Below are positions 39,443-47,825 of a DNA stretch of 64,000 nt, piece by piece. Source of the DNA: an uncultured Dehalococcoidia bacterium (lineage in GTDB: Bacteria > Chloroflexota > Dehalococcoidia > Lucifugimonadales > UBA826); contig CAYFIW010000001.1 of assembly GCA_964343265.1 (NCBI GenBank), positions 6,709-70,708 on the forward strand, given 5' to 3'. A program made the translations under genes and the position numbers. Position 1 is the first letter of the stretch. Every line of letters begins with the position of its first letter. The notes beneath the pieces are model-generated. The model worked only from the letters and a program-made list of their open reading frames with translations. It did not search any database and was not told the origin of the DNA.

Positions 39443-40353
39443 CCAAGATAGATATCCCCCGATCTGCCTCCCTTCTTACTAAGAAGTTTCGTACTCATCT
39501 CCATACCCTTGTCAACAGCCTTACACATATCGTAGATGGTTAAAGCGGCTATAGAAACCGCAGCTAATGCCTCCATTTCCACTCCAGTTTTACTCTGGGT
39601 TCTAGCCACGCTTTTAATTTCTATGGCCGAATCATTTTCATTTATTTCAAAACTTATATCTACGTGTGTTAGAGGTAATGGATGACAAAGAGGTATGAGG
39701 TTGGATGTTTGCTTTGCGCCCATAATGCCTGCGATTTTGGCAATCGCCAGCACATCACCTTTCTCAAAAGAATTCTCTTGAACTAATTGTAAAGTGCTTG
39801 GTAGCATTTTGACCGTGCCAACCGCCTCCGCAACCCTCTCCGTATCCGGTTTTGCTCCCACATTTACCATACTTACTTTGCCGGCAGCATCAACGTGAGT
39901 AAGCTTTTCTTGGAGGTCTACCTTTAAACCACTCATTCTTCCCTCATCTCTATTTTTTTTTGAATCTATGTTTCCCGTCGCCTCTCCATGAGCCAACCTA
40001 TCCGCCTCCTCATTCAATGGATCTCCAGCATGACCCTTAACCCATTCCCAATTTACTTTTCTTATCTGAACTTCTTTATCTAAAAGGTCCCACAAATCAT
40101 TATTTTTTTTTCGCTTCCAGTTTTTTGTCATCGTATTAATTACATAGGAAGAATCGGAAAAAACCGTTACTTGTGACTTCGATGGAATACTCTGTAGAGC
40201 CTCTACTACTGCCTTTATTTCCATTCTATTGTTTGTCGTATCAGGATCGTTACCATGAATAACTCGACGAGGTCCATCACCTATAATCACGGCTCCCCAA
40301 CCACCTGGACCAGGATTACCTAGACAGGCTCCATCTGTGTATATAGTGATCAC
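39439..40353 (-). CDS. rnhA-moaC: RNase HI fused in one ORF to cyclic pyranopterin monophosphate synthase MoaC
   Basis: Residues 1-~130 are RNase HI: IYTDGACLGNPGPGGWG, NNRMEI, SDSSYV, WEWVKGHAG and EEADRLA. Residues 140-304 are MoaC: LTHVDAAGKVSMVNVGAK, LIPLCHPLPL and GVEMEAL. An internal ATG at 39936 is preceded by GAGGGA. Confidence 0.8.
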   Translation of the reverse strand: MITIYTDGACLGNPGPGGWGAVIIGDGPRRVIHGNDPDTTNNRMEIKAVVEALQSIPSKSQVTVFSDSSYVINTMTKNWKRKKNNDLWDLLDKEVQIRKVNWEWVKGHAGDPLNEEADRLAHGEATGNIDSKKNRDEGRMSGLKVDLQEKLTHVDAAGKVSMVNVGAKPDTERVAEAVGTVKMLPSTLQLVQENSFEKGDVLAIAKIAGIMGAKQTSNLIPLCHPLPLTHVDISFEINENDSAIEIKSVARTQSKTGVEMEALAAVSIAALTIYDMCKAVDKGMEMSTKLLSKKGGRSGDIYLG

Positions 40354-40358
40354 TCTAA

Positions 40359-41375
40359 CTATCCACCAATGTGATACATTTCTACTTTTTGTCTGGTATC
40401 TGTCATTTCAGTTCTCTTTTCCGAATATTTATCTTCCCGTACTCTCCAAATGTTTTGTATAAGTTCCAATAATTCAGCCTTGCCAGCACCATTTCTTAAA
40501 GGCGTCCTGAGATCAGTACCTTTTTCTGCAAACAGGCAAGTTACTGCCTGGCCCTCCGGAGAGAGACGCATTCTAGTACAGTCTCCACAAAATGGTTGAG
40601 TGACTGACGAAATTACACCAAATTCACCTTTCCCATCTTTGTATTTAAAACGTTTCGCTACTTCACCTCCGTAGGAAGACTCGATTGGTTCAACTGGAAA
40701 TACATTACCGATAAGTTCAACTATAGCTTGAGCTGGCACCACCTCTTCAAGCTTCCAGTTATTCAGGTTACCTACATCCATATACTCAATAAATCTGGGA
40801 ATGTAACCACCTTCACGACACCATCGAGCCAAATCAATCACAGATTTGTCATTAACGCCTTTTTGTACTACGGCGTTTATTTTGATAGGAACTAATCCTG
40901 CATCTTTAGCAGCACTAATTCCATCTATAACTTTTGCTGTACTAAAACCCCTACCGTTCATTTTCTGAAAAACGTCATCATCTAGAGAATCCATACTAAC
41001 GGTAATTCTATTTAATCCAGCATCTTTCAAGGTCTGAGCCATTCCAGCTAGAAGGTATGCGTTTGTTGTCATTGCGATATCATCGATTCCATCTATACTC
41101 GCCAGCATCGCTATGAGTTGATGGACATCCTGTCTAACCAAGGGTTCTCCTCCAGTCAACCGGATTTTTCTTACGCCAAGTTCCACACAAGCTTCCACCA
41201 CATTGGTTATCTCCTCAAAGGTAAGTAGGTCATTTCTTGGGAGAAACTGATACCTTTCGCCATATATTTCTGCAGGCATACAGTAAGGACACCTGAAATT
41301 ACATCTGTCAGTAACAGAAACTCGTAAATCCCTCAAGGGTCTTTTGTATTGATCGATTATTTGTCTGCTTTTCAT
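40359..41375 (-). CDS. moaA: GTP 3',8-cyclase (radical SAM)
   Basis: Motifs CNFRCPYCMP and LTGGEPL, a C-terminal Cys cluster (CGDCTRMRL) and a terminal GG. Confidence 0.95.
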   Translation of the reverse strand: MKSRQIIDQYKRPLRDLRVSVTDRCNFRCPYCMPAEIYGERYQFLPRNDLLTFEEITNVVEACVELGVRKIRLTGGEPLVRQDVHQLIAMLASIDGIDDIAMTTNAYLLAGMAQTLKDAGLNRITVSMDSLDDDVFQKMNGRGFSTAKVIDGISAAKDAGLVPIKINAVVQKGVNDKSVIDLARWCREGGYIPRFIEYMDVGNLNNWKLEEVVPAQAIVELIGNVFPVEPIESSYGGEVAKRFKYKDGKGEFGVISSVTQPFCGDCTRMRLSPEGQAVTCLFAEKGTDLRTPLRNGAGKAELLELIQNIWRVREDKYSEKRTEMTDTRQKVEMYHIGG

Positions 41376-41379
41376 TTAT

Positions 41380-41988
41380 TTATATGTTCTTCTGTGTAGA
41401 CGCTTGCAAAATTAGGTATTCTCTAGCTTTTCTGACTGCAGAGCCTCTATGGGAAACCTCATGTTTTTCATAGGAAGGTATTTCCGCTAGAGTCTTTCCT
41501 TTCGGTGGGTAAAAAAACAGGGGATCATACCCAAACCCATTATTTCCTCTTTGTTCCCGGGTAATGTATCCCTCCACTTTACCATCAAATGTTATTGTCT
41601 CCTGACATGGTTGGTAGATTGCTACAACGCACCTAAATCTAGCCGTCAATAGTTCTTCCTCTACACCTGTTACATTTTTTAAAAGCAAATTATTCCGATC
41701 TTGGTCATCTAAACCATCTCCACCATACCTTGCCGAAAAGACACCTGGCTGACCTCCCAATGCGTCTACTTCTATTCCTGAATCGTCCGCGATCGTCATC
41801 ATAGACGCCAAAGAGCCGTATTCTTCAGCTTTGAGAATCGCATTTTCTTCAAATGAAGATCCCGTTTCGTCAACTTCATGATCGATATTTAAATCAACGA
41901 GGGACACTAGATCGTAGGGAAGATCCTTTAGCATTTCAGCCAATTCTTTAATTTTTCCTTCATTTCTCGTCGCCACAAGCAATTTCAT
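41380..41988 (-). CDS. rdgB: Non-canonical purine NTP (dITP/XTP) pyrophosphatase
   Basis: Motifs MKLLVATRNEGKIKE and FGYDPLF. The ATG at 41988 gives the canonical N-terminus. The track start at 42084 adds 32 residues. Confidence 0.9.
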   Translation of the reverse strand: MKLLVATRNEGKIKELAEMLKDLPYDLVSLVDLNIDHEVDETGSSFEENAILKAEEYGSLASMMTIADDSGIEVDALGGQPGVFSARYGGDGLDDQDRNNLLLKNVTGVEEELLTARFRCVVAIYQPCQETITFDGKVEGYITREQRGNNGFGYDPLFFYPPKGKTLAEIPSYEKHEVSHRGSAVRKAREYLILQASTQKNI

Positions 41989-42178
41989 TACGTCAGCCTT
42001 TATTGTGAAGTCATCACCATTACCCAGAATTATACCGTTACAACTCTCCCTGATTTTAAGGTTTGATACTGTAAACATAGACAAAACCTTAAATTTATGA
42101 CCTCTTGTATAATCACGATGAATTAATGAAATATATGAGCGGTCTATAAATAATTAGATATATATGCGGAGGATCAAT

Positions 42179-43822
42179 ATGCACCTTCTTGAAGTTTCAA
42201 ACCCAGTTGCTCAGCAACGAGGCATGATGAATGTACTAAAAACTAATCCTCGTCCAAGTACCTTGAATGACTTAACAATAGGCTTAGTATGGAGTGGAAC
42301 CCATGGTGGGGACTTAGCTCTCAATAGGGCGGGAGAGATAATTCAGGAAAGATTTTCTAACGTTAAAATCAATTTTTATACTGGGGGTAATTATCCTACT
42401 CCTCCAGCCATAGTGAAACAGGCTGGAGAGGAATGCGACGTTGTAATCGGAGCTACAGCGGATTGAGGGACCTGCGCGTCGTGGATGTGCCACGACATGA
42501 TAGAAATTGAGAAAATGGGAAAACCTGCGGTTCCAATTGTATCTGGGCGTTTTAAAGACGATGCAATTGCAAGTAGCAAAACCTTCGGGATGCCAGATCT
42601 TCAATTTGTTATTGTTCCTCGTATTTATCGCAATCTAGCGGATGACCTGTGTGTCGCCCAAACTGAAGAAGCCATAGACGATCTTATAGATTGCCTGACA
42701 TCGGAGGGAGCCTCATCGGCAACAGAGAAAGAAGAAGAATCCAAAATACGATTTGAAGGAGAGGATAGATACGACGCTGTTTTGAAGATGAACGCGGAGT
42801 TCAATAGAAGAGAGTGGTCGGATGCCCTTCCTTTATATCCCGCAACAGATGAAGCAGTGGCTGACTTAATTTCTGGAACAGGTTTAAAATCGGACGATGT
42901 TGTTTGTGATATGCCTCCAGGTTTTGGTGTCGCAACCGTTGAAAAAATAGCCATAAACTCCGCTCTCGCCGGGGCGAAGCCCGAACACATGCCAATTATA
43001 ATCGCAGGCGTGAAATGCTTATCAGAAATGGGCTCCCACGGGGGCAAATCTTTACTTATGTCTACTAGCCCGCACGCCCCTATTCTCGTTGTTAACGGCC
43101 CAATCGCCAAAGAGGTTGGCTTGAACCCACGGTCAGCTCTTGGACCAGGAAAAGAAAACGAGATAAACATAACCATAGGTAGAGCCTTTTATTTATGTCT
43201 CAGGAATATAGGCATGTGGTATCCGAACAAAATGGATATGGACACCATAGGAACAACAAGAAAATTTATTCAATGCGTGGCTGAAAATGAAGATATGAGC
43301 CCCTGGCCGAGCTATTCTCAGGATCGTGGTTTTGACGAAAAAGAGAGTGCTATTTCTATTTTTGTTACGGATGGAGAACTTGATGTTCAAGACCAAGGTA
43401 ATACATCAGCAGAAGGATTGCTAAAGACGCTGGCATACGGCATAACCTTTGGAAATACTACCTTGGGCGGTAGTCACGCACAGGGTCATGAGAGACTTAT
43501 ATTCATGCCCCCGGACGTAGCAGGACCGGTAGGCAAGGAGGGCTTCACAAAGCAAGATGCCAAAGAGTTTATACACAAGCATGCCAACCACAGTCTCGGA
43601 AAGATGATTCAGTATATGCCGCTTAATGATGCGAGAGTTGATGAACAATGGCACTATCTCAAAGACAAGACGGAAAAGGAAAGGTTGGCAATTGAAGTAC
43701 CCTTGCTTCATAGTGCAGACAATATCGATCTAGTAGTAGTCGGAGCAGATAGAGCCAAAACACTGGTATTTCCATCTGGTCCCACAGCTGCTACCGTCGG
43801 AATAGACCAATATCGCAAATAA
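42179..43822 (+). CDS. Putative selenoprotein. An N-terminal UxxC (UGSC-family-like) redox domain is fused to a ~400-aa domain of unknown function, with in-frame UGA at 42464-42466
   Basis: ORFs 42164-42466 and 42485-43822 share one frame, and TGA is the only interruption. Read-through gives ...VVIGATAD-U-GTCASWMCHDMIEIEKMGKPAVPIV. GGAGGA lies 5 nt upstream of the ATG at 42179. A hairpin follows the TGA. Confidence 0.7.
42478..42496 (+). promoter_or_regulatory. Candidate bacterial SECIS element (recoding hairpin)
   Basis: GTCGTGG-AUGUG-CCACGAC forms a perfect 7-bp stem with a 5-nt G/U-containing loop. The stem begins 11 nt after the in-frame UGA. Confidence 0.55.
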
Positions 43823-43917
43823 TTGATCAGTTACAGATGGGTCCATCATGGAGCAGAAAAATGGGACCCATCTATAACTCGGCAAGATTTACTGATTACT
43901 AGAAAGGCATATTTACA

Positions 43918-45000
43918 TTGGGTGTCCTAGATCAATTTAAGGTAGTCGAACTTAGTAACTATCCTGCGGGTAATATTTTGGGCATGCTGTTGGCAGACCA
44001 AGGTGCCGACGTGTTAAAAATTTTCCCTGAAGAGGGAAACCCCCTAGAAGGCACTGCTGAACATGCTGTTTGGAACAGGGGTAAAACTCAAATTAGGACT
44101 TCATTTTCCTTAGAAACTATTCTTGAATTTCTTAGTGCCGCTGACGTTTTAATCGAGTGTCTAAACCCACATCAGGCAGATAATATAGGCCTGACATCAG
44201 ATATCCTGTCTAAAACAAATGCAGGCCTGATTACTGCCTCGTTACCTGCATTCCGAGAAGGCCATAAGTACGAAAATATACCCGCCAGAGAAGAATTAGT
44301 AGCCGCATCTTCAGCTATCTATGCTCTCAATCCTTCAGGTGAACTTCCCGTTGAAGGAGAGGGACCCTCTTTTCATAGTCTTTACTACGCCAGTACCTTT
44401 GCCGCCATGACTGCTGCTCCCGCAGTCGTAGCAGCTCTTATTCAAAGAGATCTCACAAAAAAAGGTCAAAAAATCACAGTACCAATACATGATGCTATGT
44501 TCCAAGGTATGGGAACCGCTCTAGTCCGCCATGCAAAGAGGAAACATGGAAGACAAGAAGGCCATCCAATCATCGAGAGGTTCTATGAATGCTCAGACAA
44601 TAGATGGGTAAATGTAAATCTATCGATCCCTAGATTTTTGGAGATATTTCTTGATGTTATAGAGCATCCTGAATGGATGAAAGATATTTCTAGCATCGGG
44701 CTCTCAAATCCTGACTCTTCGTTAATAGATTCTTGGAAATACAAAATTAATGCAGTTTGGAAACAACGGACAGCTCTGGAGTGGGAATCTTTAATGTCAG
44801 ATGTGGGCCTACCGGTTACTATGTGTCGAAGTATCGACGAATGGGTTAATGAAGAGCACGCTTTGCAATCTGGTGCGATTATAGAAATCAATGACCCTCA
44901 TTTTGGGAAAATGAAACAACCCGGGATTTTAGTTAGGACCCTGTCTAATCCAGGCATAGTTTCTGGCTCTGCACCTTACATTGGAAATATCCATGAATAA
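43918..45000 (+). CDS. Family III CoA-transferase (CaiB/BaiF) protein
   Basis: N-terminus LDQFKVVELSNYPAGNILGMLLADQGADVLKI. TTG start. Confidence 0.75.
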   Translation: MGVLDQFKVVELSNYPAGNILGMLLADQGADVLKIFPEEGNPLEGTAEHAVWNRGKTQIRTSFSLETILEFLSAADVLIECLNPHQADNIGLTSDILSKTNAGLITASLPAFREGHKYENIPAREELVAASSAIYALNPSGELPVEGEGPSFHSLYYASTFAAMTAAPAVVAALIQRDLTKKGQKITVPIHDAMFQGMGTALVRHAKRKHGRQEGHPIIERFYECSDNRWVNVNLSIPRFLEIFLDVIEHPEWMKDISSIGLSNPDSSLIDSWKYKINAVWKQRTALEWESLMSDVGLPVTMCRSIDEWVNEEHALQSGAIIEINDPHFGKMKQPGILVRTLSNPGIVSGSAPYIGNIHE

Positions 45001-46210
45001 CAGAGATCAGGTTCCAATGACTGAACCACCTCCTTTGAAAGGAATACGAGTTCTAGATCTCTGTATTGTCCTTGCAGGTCCTACTTGTGGAAGAACTTTG
45101 GCACAGTATGGCGCAGAAGTTATAAAAATAGACCCAGATCATCGTCTTCCGCAACTTACACCATGGCTTGACGTTGGGCGTGGAAAGAGAAGTATTTCAC
45201 TTAATTTGAATAAACCAGGTGGTATTGAAGCGTTCCTAAAATTGACAGATTCTGCTGATGTAATCATAGAGGGATTCAGAAAAGGAGTTACAGAACGACT
45301 TGGAATCGGATACGAAAGGCTCTCCGAGAGAAATCCATCTCTTATTTACGGCTCAATCAATTGCTTTGGACATGAAGGACCGTGGCAACTGCGACCAGGG
45401 TTTGAACAAAATGCTCAGGCCGCCACAGGAGTACAACTGCGAAATTCTGGGATCCCACTCGATCTCAATAGTGAAAATGTTAAACCCCGTCCAGCTACAT
45501 TTACTTTAAATGATTACGGAACAGGAATATCAGCAGCATTCGCTATTATGTTAGCTATATTAGAACGCAACAAAACAGGTATAGGACAAAAAGTCGAAGC
45601 CGCCCTTTCGTATACCTCATCAACAATTACCGGTTCTAGTAACATTGACTACGATGGGTTCAATAGGGAAGAGATAGGTGGACCCGGGGCTAGAGGTAAA
45701 GACTATTTCAACAGGCTTTACGAATGTAGTGACGGATGGATCTTTATTTCTGCTTCTACTGAATTAGAACGTGATAATCTGAAGGCCATTCCTTATTTTT
45801 GTCAGGCAATACAATTAGGTGAAGTTCATTCAATAGAGAAAATCTTTAAAACAAAGTCTGTTTCAGATTGGCAAATTATTTTGAATAACTCAGGAATTCC
45901 TGCTGTTCGTAATAACACAGCTCTAGACCTTCATGCAGATCCTTACAACCAAGAGAATGAACTAGTTATAAAAACAGATTATGAATATTCCTCTTCTGAT
46001 ATTCCAAAAGATCAAACAAATTGGGGAAATACTACCTGGCCTGGCAACCCTGTATCTATGTCAGGAACTAACCTAATCGACGTTGTTGCCCCTTCATTTG
46101 GAGCAGACACTCATCAAGTTCTTAAGGAGATAGGCATTTCTGACATAGATATCTCACGTATGGTACAAAATGGAACTATTCCTGCTGACCTACCTATTCC
46201 TCTAATCTGA
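44993..46210 (+). CDS. Family III CoA-transferase (CaiB/BaiF) protein
   Basis: Segment LKGIRVLDLCIVLAGPTCGRTLAQYGAEVIKIDP. The ATG at 44993 overlaps the upstream stop (ATGAATAA), and the track TTG at 44981 is in the same frame. Confidence 0.8.
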   Translation: MNNRDQVPMTEPPPLKGIRVLDLCIVLAGPTCGRTLAQYGAEVIKIDPDHRLPQLTPWLDVGRGKRSISLNLNKPGGIEAFLKLTDSADVIIEGFRKGVTERLGIGYERLSERNPSLIYGSINCFGHEGPWQLRPGFEQNAQAATGVQLRNSGIPLDLNSENVKPRPATFTLNDYGTGISAAFAIMLAILERNKTGIGQKVEAALSYTSSTITGSSNIDYDGFNREEIGGPGARGKDYFNRLYECSDGWIFISASTELERDNLKAIPYFCQAIQLGEVHSIEKIFKTKSVSDWQIILNNSGIPAVRNNTALDLHADPYNQENELVIKTDYEYSSSDIPKDQTNWGNTTWPGNPVSMSGTNLIDVVAPSFGADTHQVLKEIGISDIDISRMVQNGTIPADLPIPLI

Positions 46211-46223
46211 ACAAAAAGAGACT

Positions 46224-47552
46224 TCACAACTTTGAAGCAATTTTCCTGCCTTTTTTTGCATAAATCTCTGCAAAATATGTCGATAAGCCAATATAGTGCT
46301 CGGGATTAAGAAGATCTGTGATCTGCTCTAGGGTTAGTCTGCTTGACACCTCGCTTTCCTCCGACAGTGTTTCCCTAAAAGGTCGTCCTTCATTAACAGA
46401 TTTTTGGGCTGCATCATAAACAACATCATGAGCTTTTTGTCTTCCCATTTCCTTCCCTAGCTCTAACATTATTTTCTCGGACATTATCAATCCCCCCGAT
46501 AAATCTAGATTGATTCTCATCCTGTCCGGAAACAACGTGAGGCCTGAAAATATCTCATTAAGATTATCTAAAATCTCAGCGGTTAAAAAACACACCCTGT
46601 CAATTGCTGAATTTATCATCATACTTGTAGTTTTATCAGCCTCATGTTCAGTTTGCATAGCCTCCAACGCCATAGGCACAAATGTCCTAACTTCTGACGC
46701 CCAAGCCACCACATCTTGGCTCAATCGTGGGTTCCGCTTCTGAGGCATCGTAGAAGATCCAACAGCTCCCAGAGGAACCGGCTCCTCAACTTCGCCAAAT
46801 TCCTGCTTCATCATTGTGTATACCTCACGAGCCATCTTGCTCGAGGTAGCCGCCAGCATTGCTAAAAGAGTGATATATTCTGTGAGATGATCACCAATTG
46901 TCCGAGAAGGCATAGGCATTGACGCTAATCCCAATTCTTTTGCCATGAGATTTTGAGTTTCTATTCCCTCTAATCCTACAGATGCCATAGTCCCGGCACC
47001 TCCTCCTAGCATTGCTACAAATACACGACCTTCACATTCTTTTAATCGTGATACATGCCTAATTAATTCATCAATCCAAACAGCAACCTTGTATCCAAAC
47101 GTTGCGGGAACAGCATGTTGCCCGTGTGTCCTTCCTGGCATTGGATAGCTCTTAGATTTTTCCGCCAAGTCACTCAAGGTAAAAAGCAATTCACCTAAAC
47201 CCTTTAAATAAAAATCATGGCATTTCTTAACTACTAAAAGTTTTCCAGTTTGCGTTATGTTCTGAGTCGTCGCTCCCCAGTGTATGTAGCCACCTGCATC
47301 ATCTCCGCACACCCTATCTAATTCCCAAATTAAAGGAACAAGCGGATGCCCAGTCTTTTTTAATCCAGCATCAACATTCTCTATGTCTAATAATTCTAAT
47401 TTCCCTTTTTCTTGAATTTTTTTTGCTGCCCACAAAGGTATTATTTCTTGTTTTGCTTGTGCTTTGGCAAGCGCCACTTCCACATCGAGATAAGCTTGGT
47501 AAATCGATTCCCTGGTAAGAAGATTTTTGATTGATTTATTTATTGATGACAT
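46224..47552 (-). CDS. Fumarate-lyase superfamily enzyme (adenylosuccinate lyase / 3-carboxymuconate cycloisomerase-like)
   Basis: Superfamily signature GSSTMPQKRNP, plus a TQNIT motif and a HGQHA region. Confidence 0.8.
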   Translation of the reverse strand: MSSINKSIKNLLTRESIYQAYLDVEVALAKAQAKQEIIPLWAAKKIQEKGKLELLDIENVDAGLKKTGHPLVPLIWELDRVCGDDAGGYIHWGATTQNITQTGKLLVVKKCHDFYLKGLGELLFTLSDLAEKSKSYPMPGRTHGQHAVPATFGYKVAVWIDELIRHVSRLKECEGRVFVAMLGGGAGTMASVGLEGIETQNLMAKELGLASMPMPSRTIGDHLTEYITLLAMLAATSSKMAREVYTMMKQEFGEVEEPVPLGAVGSSTMPQKRNPRLSQDVVAWASEVRTFVPMALEAMQTEHEADKTTSMMINSAIDRVCFLTAEILDNLNEIFSGLTLFPDRMRINLDLSGGLIMSEKIMLELGKEMGRQKAHDVVYDAAQKSVNEGRPFRETLSEESEVSSRLTLEQITDLLNPEHYIGLSTYFAEIYAKKGRKIASKL

Positions 47553-47825
47553 ATTTATTTTTCTCCAATATTAGCTACAAACATTCAAGTGCATATATTT
47601 TGTTGAAAAGTACCAAATACTGTCTATTAAATAAACACTTTTCCACAATTTCTATCGATTTTATTTTTTATCCACAATTTAGACATTCCTACTCACATTT
47701 GTTCCACTAAAAACAACAACAATATTTCTAGCTATTCTCCTTCTTTTGCTCATAGTTTCCACAGAATCTACAGTATTATGAGATATTGTTATTATCTTAA
47801 AAAATAGATATTTCAAATTGAAGAT

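Noticed and set aside
42464-42466. Alternative explanations for the in-frame TGA: a reassigned genetic code (TGA read as Trp or Gly), or simply two separate genes
   Set aside because: Code reassignment is rejected because TGA terminates several well-defined genes here (purN, the amidohydrolase at 23664, the CoA-transferase at 46210). The two-gene and pseudogene models are not fully excluded. They are disfavoured because the TGA sits inside a UxxC motif, a hairpin follows 11 nt downstream, and the second ORF lacks a properly spaced SD.
42314-42604. Minus-strand ORFs (42314-42604 and 42391-42579) overlapping the TGA junction of the putative selenoprotein
   Set aside because: They are antisense to a plus-strand frame with clear protein-like conservation and an SD-supported start. 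They have no recognisable motifs and a Ser/Arg/His-rich composition typical of antisense artefacts.
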